Part shown: positions 8,984 to 17,478 of the stretch, piece by piece
Numbering within the stretch: the first letter of the stretch is position 1
How the letters are laid out: the number at the start of each line of letters is the position of its first letter
Assembly (NCBI GenBank): GCA_016207585.1
Contig: JACQPI010000098.1
Location: 1 to 26,436, forward strand
DNA: 26,436 nucleotides
Direction of reading: 5' to 3'
From: Elusimicrobiota bacterium
GTDB taxonomy: Bacteria > Elusimicrobiota > Elusimicrobia > UBA1565 > JACRDR01
Made by a program: the position numbers and the translations under genes
The notes under the pieces: generated by a model
Told to the model about the DNA's origin: nothing
Databases searched by the model: none
What the model saw: the letters and a program-made list of their open reading frames with translations, nothing else

Positions 8984-9556
8984 TTATTCATCGGGGACCG
9001 CGGGAGCGTTATAACGGTTCATCGCCGCCTCGATCCCATCCTGAAGGATGGCTTCAATCGCCTCGCATGCGCGCGCGAGCCCGCGGTCGAGAGCGGTCTT
9101 CTCGTCCGCCCGCAGCCGCCCCAAGACAAAGCGCGCCGGATCCTCGCCGGGGGGCAAGGGCCCGATGCCCAAGCGTATGCGCGCGATGTCCTCCGTCCCC
9201 ATCTCCGCGATGACGGATTGCATCCCGTTATGCCCTCCCGCGGAACCTCCGCGCCGAATGCGCAGCGCCGCCAAAGGCAGGAAAAAATCGTCATAACAAA
9301 CGAGCGCCTCCTCGGGGCCGATGCGATGAAATTGCGCGAAATCCCGCACCATCCGGCCCGAGAGATTCATATAGGTCAACGGCCTGACCAAATAAAAGTG
9401 CGTATCGCCTCGAGCGCCGCGCGCAAACTCGCCCAAGTCCTTCCACCGATTCCACTCGGAGGGAGGAACAAGGCGGTCGAGCAGCTGGAACCCTAGATTA
9501 TGGCGCGTCTGGTCATGCCGGGGGCCGGGATTGCCCAGGCCGACGATAAGGCGCAT
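8984..9556 (-). CDS. pth: Peptidyl-tRNA hydrolase
   Basis: LIVGLGNPG, TRHNLGF, PLTYMNLSG, GSAGGHNGM, RIRLGIG. Confidence 0.97.
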   Translation of the reverse strand: MRLIVGLGNPGPRHDQTRHNLGFQLLDRLVPPSEWNRWKDLGEFARGARGDTHFYLVRPLTYMNLSGRMVRDFAQFHRIGPEEALVCYDDFFLPLAALRIRRGGSAGGHNGMQSVIAEMGTEDIARIRLGIGPLPPGEDPARFVLGRLRADEKTALDRGLARACEAIEAILQDGIEAAMNRYNAPAVPDE

Positions 9557-9580
9557 GGGCGAGAAAGTCCCCCCTGGGAG

Positions 9581-10303
9581 CTATTTGCCTTCCTTCTTTT
9601 GAGCCGGCGCAGGAGCGGCAGCGGGAGCGCCGCCCTTCGCCTTGGCCTCCGGCTCCGCGGCTCCCTCGGCGCCCTCTTCCTCTTTCTTGCCCTTGGCGAT
9701 GACCTCGGGCTCCGCGACCGCGGCCTCGGCGGGAGCGACCTCTTCGACCCGGGGCTGGAGGATATTCACGACAATGTGCTCCGGCGAATCGAGCACCTCG
9801 ACCCCAGCCGGGATCGTCACGTCCTTGACCAGGATATTGTGATTGATCTCCAGGCGGCTGACGTCGATCTCGATATGCTGGGGGATCGCGGTCGGCAGAG
9901 CCCGCACGCGAAGTTCGCGCAGCGCGTGTTCGAGCACGCCGCCTTGCAGCTTGACGCCCGGAGCCTCCCCCACTACATGCAGGGGCACCCTGACCTCGAT
10001 CTTCTCCCGCAACGAGATTCTCTGAAAGTCGGCGTGGACCGGCTGCTGGGTGACGGCATGGCGCTGGAGCGACTTCAAGATGACGGTATCCTTTCCCTCG
10101 GGATGTTCCAGATGCAGGATGGCATTGGTACCGCCCGTTCTCGTCGCTTTCAGGAGCTCCGTCTCGACGACCAGGACGCTCAGCGGGGGCTTTTCGCCGC
10201 CGTAGATCACCGCCGGGATCTTTCGGTCCTTGCGGATCGCGCTCAACTCCTTGCGGGTCCCGCGTTGATTTCTGATTTCCGCGCGCAGCTTGATCTCTTG
10301 CAT
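9581..10303 (-). CDS. rplY: 50S ribosomal protein L25/Ctc (long form)
   Basis: IPAVIYGG, HADFQRI, GVKLQGGVLE, PEVIAKGKKEEE; Ala/Glu-rich tail; GGGAGAG SD. Confidence 0.96.
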   Translation of the reverse strand: MQEIKLRAEIRNQRGTRKELSAIRKDRKIPAVIYGGEKPPLSVLVVETELLKATRTGGTNAILHLEHPEGKDTVILKSLQRHAVTQQPVHADFQRISLREKIEVRVPLHVVGEAPGVKLQGGVLEHALRELRVRALPTAIPQHIEIDVSRLEINHNILVKDVTIPAGVEVLDSPEHIVVNILQPRVEEVAPAEAAVAEPEVIAKGKKEEEGAEGAAEPEAKAKGGAPAAAPAPAQKKEGK

Positions 10304-10329
10304 AATTCTCTCCCTGAAAACTAGTGCTC

Positions 10330-11352
10330 CTAGATGAACAGCTCGCTGATGGACTCTCCGTGATGGTTCCTTCGTATCGCCTCTCCCAACAATGCGGCGA
10401 TGGACAAAATCTTGATCTTCGCGATTCCCTCCGCGCGGATGGGGATCGAATCCGTCAGGATGATCTCGGAAATGTCCGATTTCGCCACCAGATCGACCGC
10501 GGGGCCGGACAGGACGCCGTGCACGCAGGCCGCGAAAACCTGCACCGCTCCCTGTTTTCGGATCTCGGTCGCCACCTTGACGAGGGTCCCCCCGGTATCG
10601 ATCATATCGTCGAGAATGACGCAGGTCTTGCTGCCCACGTCTCCGATGACGTTGTAGACCGAGGCCTCGTTGGGGCGGGGGCGGCGCTTATCGATGATGA
10701 CCAAACTCGCGTTCAGGCGCTTGGCGAACGCCCGGGCCCGCTCCACGCCCCCCACATCGGGGGAAACGACCGCCAGATCGCCCAGTCTTTTGCCGCGGAG
10801 ATAATCCAGGAACACCGGGGCTGCGAAAAGATGGTCCAAGGGGATATCGAAGAAACCCTGGATCTGCCCGGCGTGGAGATCCACGGTAATCACTCGGTTC
10901 GCGCCCGCCACCGTGATCAGGTTGGCCATCAATTTGGAAGAGATCGGCACGCGCGGCTCGGTTTTCCGATCGGCGCGGGCGTAGCCGAAATAGGGGATGA
11001 CCGCCGTGATCCGGCCGGCCGAGGCGCGGCGAAGGGCGTCCATCATGATCAGCAGTTCCATCGTGTTCTCGTTGACCGGGCGGCAGGTCGGCTGGATCAC
11101 GTAACAGTCGCAGCCGCGGACATTCTCCTCGATGCGGACGCTGATCTCCCCATCGGCGAAACGCCCCACCTGGACCCCGCTCAAGGAAACCTGGAGATAG
11201 TACGATATCCTCTCGGCCAGCGGTCGGTTCGCGTTGCCGGTAAATAATTTCATCGAGCGGTACAGGCGCCCGACGGACGCCGGAGCGGTCCGCGGCTGCG
11301 CGGATTTTCGAGCGGTCGCCTCCGGAAGTCGCGCGGCGCCTCGGCGCATCAT
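10330..11352 (-). CDS. prs: Ribose-phosphate pyrophosphokinase
   Basis: FADGEISVRI, VIPYFGYARADRK, VDLHAGQIQGFF, VSPDVGGVERA, LDDMIDTGGT. Start 11352 overlaps the glmU stop (ATGA); 11253 is an alternative. Confidence 0.97.
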   Translation of the reverse strand: MMRRGAARLPEATARKSAQPRTAPASVGRLYRSMKLFTGNANRPLAERISYYLQVSLSGVQVGRFADGEISVRIEENVRGCDCYVIQPTCRPVNENTMELLIMMDALRRASAGRITAVIPYFGYARADRKTEPRVPISSKLMANLITVAGANRVITVDLHAGQIQGFFDIPLDHLFAAPVFLDYLRGKRLGDLAVVSPDVGGVERARAFAKRLNASLVIIDKRRPRPNEASVYNVIGDVGSKTCVILDDMIDTGGTLVKVATEIRKQGAVQVFAACVHGVLSGPAVDLVAKSDISEIILTDSIPIRAEGIAKIKILSIAALLGEAIRRNHHGESISELFI

Positions 11353-12755
11353 CGTTCCTTGTTGACCTGCGGGGCGCGCGCGATCGCCAGAACCCCGTCC
11401 GGCACGTCCTGCGTGATGGTGGACCCTGCTCCGATCTTAGCGCCCCGGCCCACCTTGACCGGAGCGACGAGGTTGACGTTGGAGCCGATGAAAGCCTTGG
11501 CCTGGATGATCGTTTTGTGCTTCGCTTCTCCATCGTAGTTGCAGGTGATCGTCCCGGCCCCCACGTTGACCTCTTCCGCTATGTCGCAATCGCCTATATA
11601 GCTGAGATGCGGGACCTTGGAACCGAAGCCCACCCGCGCAGCCTTCAACTCGGAGAAATTGCCGACCTTGGCCCTGGGTCCCACGATCGTCTCCGGCCGG
11701 ATATGCGCGAAGGGCCCGATCGTCGATTTTTCCAGGATCCGCGCTCCGGACACGTGGGAGGAAACGATCTCGCAGCCATTGCCGACCGTCGTATCGGACA
11801 GGCAGGTATACGGTCCGATCCGGCACTCGCGGCCGATGCGGGTCCTGCCGCGCAAAATCGTCCCGGGCCAGAGAACCGTATCCCGCTCGATCTCTACGTC
11901 CATTTCCACATACGTGTGCGCGGGGTCGATCACCGTCACCCCGGATATCATCAGTCGATCGAGGATGCGGCGATTCAGGATTCGTTCGGCTTGGGCCAGT
12001 TGGACCCGGCTGTTGATGCCTAAAATTTCCTCGGGGGTCTGCGTGACGAAGGCCGAGATGCGACCTCCCTTGGCGCGGATACGCTCCAAACAATGGGTGA
12101 GGTACTGCTCGCGCTTATGGCCGCTCGGCTCCAGGTCCCGCGCCGCCTCGATCAAGGGGGCCGCCTCAAAACAGTAGGCGCCGGAGTTGACCTCCTGGAT
12201 GGCGGCCTCCTTGGGGCTGGCCTCGCCCTCCTCGACGATCTTGATCACGTCGCCCAGCGGGCCGCGCACGATGCGGCCGTAACCCTTCGGATGGTTCAGT
12301 TTTGCCGTCAGGATGGCCGCATGTCCCTTTTGGTCGCGGTGGCTGTTGAGCAGGGCGAACAACGTCTCATAGGTCAAAAGCGGCGTGTCGCCGCAGAGGA
12401 CCATCGCGGTCTCGAATTTCCTGAGGAAGGCCGCGGCGTCGAGCACCGCGCCGCCAGATCCCGTCAAGGATTTTTGGCGGAGGAAAGTGAGGGGGCGCTG
12501 GATCGAGTATTCCTTCACCACCTCCTGGACCGCCTTCTGCACCTCCTCCGCCCCGTGCCCGACCACGACGGCGATGCCGGAAGGCTTAAGCGCGATCGCC
12601 GCCCGCAGCAGGTACGAGGCTATCGGGCGCCCGCCCAGAGGATGCAGCACCTTGGGCCGGGAGGATTCCATTCGAGTCCCCTGGCCCGCCGCCAAAATGA
12701 GAACGCAAAATCCGCCGCCCTTGTGCGATCCCGATCGTCTCGTTACCAGTCTCAT
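11349..12755 (-). CDS. glmU: Bifunctional GlcNAc-1-P uridyltransferase / GlcN-1-P acetyltransferase
   Basis: ILAAGQGTRM.S..PKVLH, LCGDTPLL, EVNSGAY, HLSYIGD, GAGTITCNYDG and hexapeptide repeats. Confidence 0.97.
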   Translation of the reverse strand: MRLVTRRSGSHKGGGFCVLILAAGQGTRMESSRPKVLHPLGGRPIASYLLRAAIALKPSGIAVVVGHGAEEVQKAVQEVVKEYSIQRPLTFLRQKSLTGSGGAVLDAAAFLRKFETAMVLCGDTPLLTYETLFALLNSHRDQKGHAAILTAKLNHPKGYGRIVRGPLGDVIKIVEEGEASPKEAAIQEVNSGAYCFEAAPLIEAARDLEPSGHKREQYLTHCLERIRAKGGRISAFVTQTPEEILGINSRVQLAQAERILNRRILDRLMISGVTVIDPAHTYVEMDVEIERDTVLWPGTILRGRTRIGRECRIGPYTCLSDTTVGNGCEIVSSHVSGARILEKSTIGPFAHIRPETIVGPRAKVGNFSELKAARVGFGSKVPHLSYIGDCDIAEEVNVGAGTITCNYDGEAKHKTIIQAKAFIGSNVNLVAPVKVGRGAKIGAGSTITQDVPDGVLAIARAPQVNKER

Positions 12756-12775
12756 GTTGAACACGTGTCGCCGCG

Positions 12776-12846
12776 TTCCCGGGCCTGGATTCGAACCAGG
12801 AAACCCAGCTCCAAAGGCTGGTGTGTTACCGTTACACCACCCGGGA
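12776..12846 (-). tRNA. tRNA-Gln(UUG), CCA not encoded
   Basis: Full cloverleaf: acceptor UCCCGGG/CCCGGGA, D-stem GUGU/ACAC, anticodon stem CCAGC/GCUGG with loop CU-UUG-GA, T-stem CCUGG/CCAGG with UUCGAAU; 71 nt. Confidence 0.97.
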
Positions 12847-12876
12847 GTTGACCCGGCGCGCCGGCGGCGCCGGCGC

Positions 12877-13185
12877 TCACGAATCGGTCCCCGAAGCCGC
12901 CGAACCGCCGGCGGGGGGAGCCGTCCCTCCCTTCTTTAACTCCGCCTCGTAAATCCCCATCACGCGGTCTTCCAAAAGCTTTCGAAATTCAACGGTGATC
13001 GGATGCGCGATATCCTTGTAAGTCCCGTCCGTCAGCTTCCTCGATGGCATGCATAGGAGGAGACCCTTCGTGCCCTGAATGATCTTCATGTTGCGCACCA
13101 CAAAACAAGAATCAAAGGTAACCGTGACGAAGGCCTTCAGCTTATCCTCGCTTCGAAGATGAACTCTGATTTCGGTTATTTCCAC
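12877..13185 (-). CDS. spoVG: SpoVG family nucleic-acid-binding protein
   Basis: MEITEIRV, KLKAFVTVTFD.CFVVRNMKII.G..GL...MPSRK, YKDIAHPI; GGAGAG SD before GTG. Confidence 0.95.
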   Translation of the reverse strand: MEITEIRVHLRSEDKLKAFVTVTFDSCFVVRNMKIIQGTKGLLLCMPSRKLTDGTYKDIAHPITVEFRKLLEDRVMGIYEAELKKGGTAPPAGGSAASGTDS

Positions 13186-13227
13186 TAGACTCTCCAGCTC
13201 GATGCATTCCGAAACCCGGCGGGGACG

Positions 13228-14133
13228 CTACCCCATACAGCACGTCACATACACGTCCCAAGGATAGCCCCTCAGCCGCCCCCTCAACTGCTCGCCCTCC
13301 TCATGCGAACGGACGAACCCGAACACCGAGGAGCCCGAGCCCGACATGAGCACTCCCTGAACGCCCAACTGCCGGAGAATGCGTTTTGCCTGGCTGATTT
13401 CCGGATAATCCGGCAGTACGGCCTCTTCCAAACGATTGAACAAAAGGCCAGCCCATTCGCCGACGGGTCGGCCCGTTTCCAACTTTTTCTGGAGTTTACC
13501 AAGCTGGGCAAGTCGTGTCAATACGCCGGCGCGTCGAGACCCGTCCAAAAGCCGGTAAACTCCCGCTGTCGCCACGGAGACGCGGGGGTAGACCAGGAGC
13601 ATCCACGGAAGAGCCTTGCGCATCGGCGCCGGACGCAAGCGATCCCCGATTCCCCAGCCGACGCAAAACGGCGCATCTTGTTGAAAAAACGGCACGTCCG
13701 CGCCCAGCCCGCCGGCCAGGCGCCGCAGCGCGGCCCGCAAGGACGTCGTCCGCATCGACCGGTCCAATTCGAACGCCCGGGCCATGCCCACCAGGGTCCC
13801 CGCCGCGTCCGACGAACCGCCTCCCAGGCCGGCTCCCGGCGGGATATTCTTTTGAAGCGCGATGCGGACGCCGCAGCCGATGCGAAAAGTCTTCCGGAAG
13901 GCCTCGGCGGCCCTCACGACCAGGTTCTCGGGGCCTTCGGGTATCTGAAACCCGGTCCGGTTCTCCATTGCAAATTCCACGGGACCTTCCGCTTGGGGAC
14001 AAATCTCGAGGCCGTCGAACAATGATATTTTCGCGAAAATAGTCGCTAAATTATGATATCCGTCCGGGCGCCGGCCCGTAACTTCCAGGAACAGGTTGAC
14101 TTTGGCCGGACATTGGAGCTTGGCCTGGATCAT
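13228..14133 (-). CDS. ispE: 4-diphosphocytidyl-2-C-methyl-D-erythritol kinase
   Basis: PAKVNLFL...G.RPDGYH.L, KNIP.GAGLGGGSSDAA, LGADVPFF, MSGSGSSVFG. Confidence 0.96.
   Translation of the reverse strand: MIQAKLQCPAKVNLFLEVTGRRPDGYHNLATIFAKISLFDGLEICPQAEGPVEFAMENRTGFQIPEGPENLVVRAAEAFRKTFRIGCGVRIALQKNIPPGAGLGGGSSDAAGTLVGMARAFELDRSMRTTSLRAALRRLAGGLGADVPFFQQDAPFCVGWGIGDRLRPAPMRKALPWMLLVYPRVSVATAGVYRLLDGSRRAGVLTRLAQLGKLQKKLETGRPVGEWAGLLFNRLEEAVLPDYPEISQAKRILRQLGVQGVLMSGSGSSVFGFVRSHEEGEQLRGRLRGYPWDVYVTCCMG
13493..13521 (-). promoter_or_regulatory. Internal sigma70 promoter inside ispE, upstream of spoVG-tRNA-glmU-prs-rplY-pth
   Basis: TTGACA (13521-13516), 17-nt spacer, TAAACT (13498-13493). 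Confidence 0.75.
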
Positions 14134-16289
14134 GGCAGCGGCGCCGGCGGAAAAAACCGAACGCGCGGGGAGTTCAACCGGATATCTATCGAGAAATTCT
14201 TGGCCTCCGCCTTTAGATGCGTCGGGACCCGCCGCCCTTCGACCGCCTCAAATTCGTCGAGGAGGATCCTCATGGAATCGGAAGTCCCCTGGAAGCTCCT
14301 TAGATCCCCACTCGTATCGTCGAGGAACAGCTGATAGGCGCCGCCCCCCACCCAATGCGTCCGCCAGCCTTCGTGGAATTCGGCGGGACGGCCCTCGAAT
14401 ATCCTGCCGCTCAAGCCGTCTCGCACGGTAAAAAGCGTGTGCGCCACGGCCTCCTGGAGGACTTCGGGCGAAATTCCATCGACCGGGAAGGGATCCATCT
14501 CGAAGAGCGTCCTTCCCGCTACTCGGGCGCGGAACAGAGGGACCCAGAAAGGGCCCAAGAAATCGAGCCGCAGCGATTGCGGAGACTCGAACATCATCAA
14601 GGCTTTAAAACTCCATTTTTTCTTGGCGACCGATCCGGTGATTTCGCACAGGCCCGAATAGGCCTCGATCCCGCCGTACACGCGGCGAAAATACTCCATC
14701 CAAAGATTTCCCAACGCCTGCGGGGAACGCCGCGCCTCCAGAGCCGCCAGCTTCTTTCGAAGGCGCTCCCCCTCGGCGCCTCCGAGCAGGCTCATGCGCC
14801 AGGCCACCCAGGCGGTGCCGGAATCCCCCAGGACCTCGTACGCGTCCCCCAAATGCTCCCAAACGGTCGGATCCTCCGGAAGCTTCTGCAGAGCCGCCTT
14901 CAACTCGATTTTCGCGTCTTGGAGTCGCCCCTGCTTGAAATAAGACCAACCCAAGGAGTCGCGGTAGGCTCCGTTGTCGGGTTCGATCGCCAGCGCTTTT
15001 TCGATCAGCCCCTGGGCCTCGGTCAGCTTCAATCCGCGGTCCGTCAACGAATAGCCGAGGTAATTCAGGGCCGCCGAATCGCTCGGCCTCTGTTGCAGCA
15101 GGACGCGAAATTCCCGCTCCGCATCTTCGATACGGCCCAGCCTCTCATGCAGGACCGCCAATTGAAAACGCGCGTCCCGAAAGTCCGGCGCGCGGCCGAG
15201 GATCTCCCGAAAGAACTCGATCGCCTTTTCGGGCCGCTTGAGATCGTCGTACCCCAGAGCCAGGAAATAGGCGATCTCGGTATTGTCCGGCCACCGAGCA
15301 TGGGCCCGATCCAAAATCACGACGGCTTCCTGAAGCCGGCCCGCCTGCGTCAGGTAATAGCTCAAGCGCAGGTTCAGCTCCGCCTCCTGTTCGAGCGCCG
15401 CGCTATCGGACAACGCGGCGGCGGCGGACGCGAAATCCCGGTTTTGTTCGGCCAGGATCGCAAGCCAAAGGCATGCCGTTGGATTTTTGGGTTCGATCGA
15501 CTTGGCCCTGACGAAATAGCCGCCAGCCTCGTGCGCCTCGCCCAACGCGACGGAGAGCTCTCCCGCATGGTTGAGGAGGACCGCGCTTTGAGGCTCCTGC
15601 TCCAGGATATGAAGGTATTCCCCCAACGCGGCCCGGGTATCCTGGCTCACCTCGTACAAGTGCGCCAAGGCGTAACGAGCCTGCAGGAAATTCGGAGCAA
15701 GCTCGATCGCCTCCTTAAGCCGTTCGATCGCCGAGCGGCGCCGGCCCTGGCGCTCCTCCACCAAGGCGATTTGATAATGCGCGTCCGGCGCGCGCTCCGG
15801 GTTGAGATGGATATATTCCTGAAAATATTGTTTCGCGCTCTCCGGGGATTCGACATTGAGCAAGTTCCCCAAGGCGAGCATCGCCTCGGGAAACTTGGGG
15901 TCGAGCCGAAGAGCCTCCTCCATGGATTTCCTGGCGAGAGAAATTTCTCCCCGCGCCCACCGCACGTTTCCCATCACCAGCCAAGATTTCGCCCTCTTAG
16001 AGTCGAGCGCCACCAGGCGTTGCGCCCAATCCAAGGCGCGCGCCGGCCGCCCGCCCTCCAAGGCGAGCTCAGCCGCCTGCTCGATAATGAACGCCGATTG
16101 CGAATCGATCTTGGAGGCCTGTTCGTACTCGTCCAACGCGGCGTCGACCTGCCCTTGGTGCTGAAGGAGGAGCGCCTTCATGTAATGCATCGTGGCGGTC
16201 TTCGTGTCGGCCGCCGTCACGTGCGGAGCCGCCAACAGAACGCACAGCGCGCCTGCCGGCCAGCCGTGGAGATTTATCGGGAGAGTCAT
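14130..16289 (-). CDS. Exported TPR protein (LbcA/PA4667-like) with C-terminal LolB/DUF4292-like domain
   Basis: Hydrophobic N-terminus; many TPRs; ALNYLGYSL.DRG..L.EA...IEKAL...PDNGAYRDSLGW..FKQG motif; a beta-rich C-terminal ~185 aa (FESPQSLRLDFLGPFWVPLFRARV). Confidence 0.8.
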   Translation of the reverse strand: MTLPINLHGWPAGALCVLLAAPHVTAADTKTATMHYMKALLLQHQGQVDAALDEYEQASKIDSQSAFIIEQAAELALEGGRPARALDWAQRLVALDSKRAKSWLVMGNVRWARGEISLARKSMEEALRLDPKFPEAMLALGNLLNVESPESAKQYFQEYIHLNPERAPDAHYQIALVEERQGRRRSAIERLKEAIELAPNFLQARYALAHLYEVSQDTRAALGEYLHILEQEPQSAVLLNHAGELSVALGEAHEAGGYFVRAKSIEPKNPTACLWLAILAEQNRDFASAAAALSDSAALEQEAELNLRLSYYLTQAGRLQEAVVILDRAHARWPDNTEIAYFLALGYDDLKRPEKAIEFFREILGRAPDFRDARFQLAVLHERLGRIEDAEREFRVLLQQRPSDSAALNYLGYSLTDRGLKLTEAQGLIEKALAIEPDNGAYRDSLGWSYFKQGRLQDAKIELKAALQKLPEDPTVWEHLGDAYEVLGDSGTAWVAWRMSLLGGAEGERLRKKLAALEARRSPQALGNLWMEYFRRVYGGIEAYSGLCEITGSVAKKKWSFKALMMFESPQSLRLDFLGPFWVPLFRARVAGRTLFEMDPFPVDGISPEVLQEAVAHTLFTVRDGLSGRIFEGRPAEFHEGWRTHWVGGGAYQLFLDDTSGDLRSFQGTSDSMRILLDEFEAVEGRRVPTHLKAEAKNFSIDIRLNSPRVRFFPPAPLP

Positions 16290-16750
16290 GTGGGAACTTC
16301 CAAACTGCGACCCATCAGGAGCGCGTCGGAACCGTCATTATAATATTTGGGCCTGCGCCCCACAATCCGGTATCCCAGACGGGCGTAGAGGCATTGGGCC
16401 GGCTCGTTGCCGGCGCCCGCCTCCAGGGTGATCCGAGAGCAGTCCCGGCTCCGGGCTACATGGTGCAAATGCTCTACCAGGGCCGACCCCAAACCCATGC
16501 GAGTTCGCATCGGGTGGACCGCCACGTTATTCACTTGCGCCTCGTCTAAAACGATCCGCAAGTTCGCATATCCAACGACAAGGCCGTCCAATTCCGCGAC
16601 GCACGTATAAGATCGCTCCGATGCGAGCTCACTCTCGAATTGCATCCGGCTCCAATGCGGCGTCGTATCCCAAGCCGTTTCGATCTCCAAGACCGCATCG
16701 AGGTCCGCCGTCTCGACGCGGCGGATACGGGGCCGCTGCGGACCCTTCAT
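16286..16750 (-). CDS. rimI: Ribosomal protein S18 alanine N-acetyltransferase (GNAT)
   Basis: NVAVHP..TRMGLGSAL, ITLEA...N..AQ.LY..LGY..VGRRPKYY.DG.DALLM; follows tsaE-tsaB. Confidence 0.9.
   Translation of the reverse strand: MKGPQRPRIRRVETADLDAVLEIETAWDTTPHWSRMQFESELASERSYTCVAELDGLVVGYANLRIVLDEAQVNNVAVHPMRTRMGLGSALVEHLHHVARSRDCSRITLEAGAGNEPAQCLYARLGYRIVGRRPKYYNDGSDALLMGRSLEVPT
16337..16365 (-). promoter_or_regulatory. Candidate internal promoter inside rimI for the TPR-ispE genes
   Basis: TTGTGG (16365-16360), 17-nt spacer, TATAAT (16342-16337); TPR ATG 47 nt downstream of the -10 box. Confidence 0.5.
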
Positions 16751-17478
16751 GCCTTTCTCGGGAGACTTTTTTCGTAATAGGCGGGTCTGAGATACAAGGG
16801 TTGGAAGGCTCCGATCCGGCCCCGCTCTATCTTTTCCAGGGCGATCGCGGCCAGCGATTCAGTCGTCGCCTCCGCGCCCGCCCAGGCCCTAACATGGCGG
16901 CAATCCCGTCCGAGAAGCCCGAGCGCCTGCCGCGCCCCCGAACCCACCAAACAAAGAGCCCCGCGACCTCGCGCCCGGCGTAAAAAATCGGGCCAGTCGG
17001 CGCGGCGGATCCACTGCTGGGATTGTTCGCACCGGGAGCCTTCCTTTCCCGCCGATGGAAACTGTTGGTAGAAAAATCCCTGACCCGACGCCTCCAGGAC
17101 GACGCCCAGCCTTTCGTTTTTTTCGAGCACCCCAGCCGATATCGCCTGCGCCGCCGCAGCCTCCAGCAGGGATACGCCGACCACGGGACGCTCCAACGCC
17201 CGCGCCGCCGCGGCGGCGAAAGTCATCCCGACGCGGATTCCGGTAAAACTGCCGGGACCGTTTGCAGCGACGATGACGTCCAAATCTCCCGGGTTCCAAT
17301 GCGCGCGCCGAAAAAGGCGTTCCACTTCGCAAATCAACGCCTGATCCTGTCCCCTCTTCACGAGGACGCGCCGCGCCCAAACGGCAGCGGCGACCGGCTT
17401 TTCGGCGCGCGGCGACCGCATCACAAGGGCAAGCTCCAGAACCGCGCTGGAGGTCGTGTTGATCGTCAGAATTTTCAC
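16747..17478 (-). CDS. tsaB: tRNA t6A biosynthesis protein TsaB
   Basis: GPGSFTGIRVG and C-terminal PLYLR; GTG at 17478 overlaps the tsaE stop (GTGA). The longer ORF-track start (17853) runs over tsaE and is not real. Confidence 0.92.
   Translation of the reverse strand: MKILTINTTSSAVLELALVMRSPRAEKPVAAAVWARRVLVKRGQDQALICEVERLFRRAHWNPGDLDVIVAANGPGSFTGIRVGMTFAAAAARALERPVVGVSLLEAAAAQAISAGVLEKNERLGVVLEASGQGFFYQQFPSAGKEGSRCEQSQQWIRRADWPDFLRRARGRGALCLVGSGARQALGLLGRDCRHVRAWAGAEATTESLAAIALEKIERGRIGAFQPLYLRPAYYEKSLPRKA

Noticed and set aside
12776-12846. tRNA-Gln as an integration site
   Set aside because: No duplicated tRNA 3' end, integrase or foreign DNA; glmU follows immediately.
14355-16343. 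Long plus-strand ORFs opposite real genes (e.g. 14355-16343, 21035-22564, 7833-8783, 10324-11247) and 4592-5635 on the minus strand
   Set aside because: Antisense shadows expected from GC-rich codon usage; each fully overlaps a gene with clear motifs and has none of its own.
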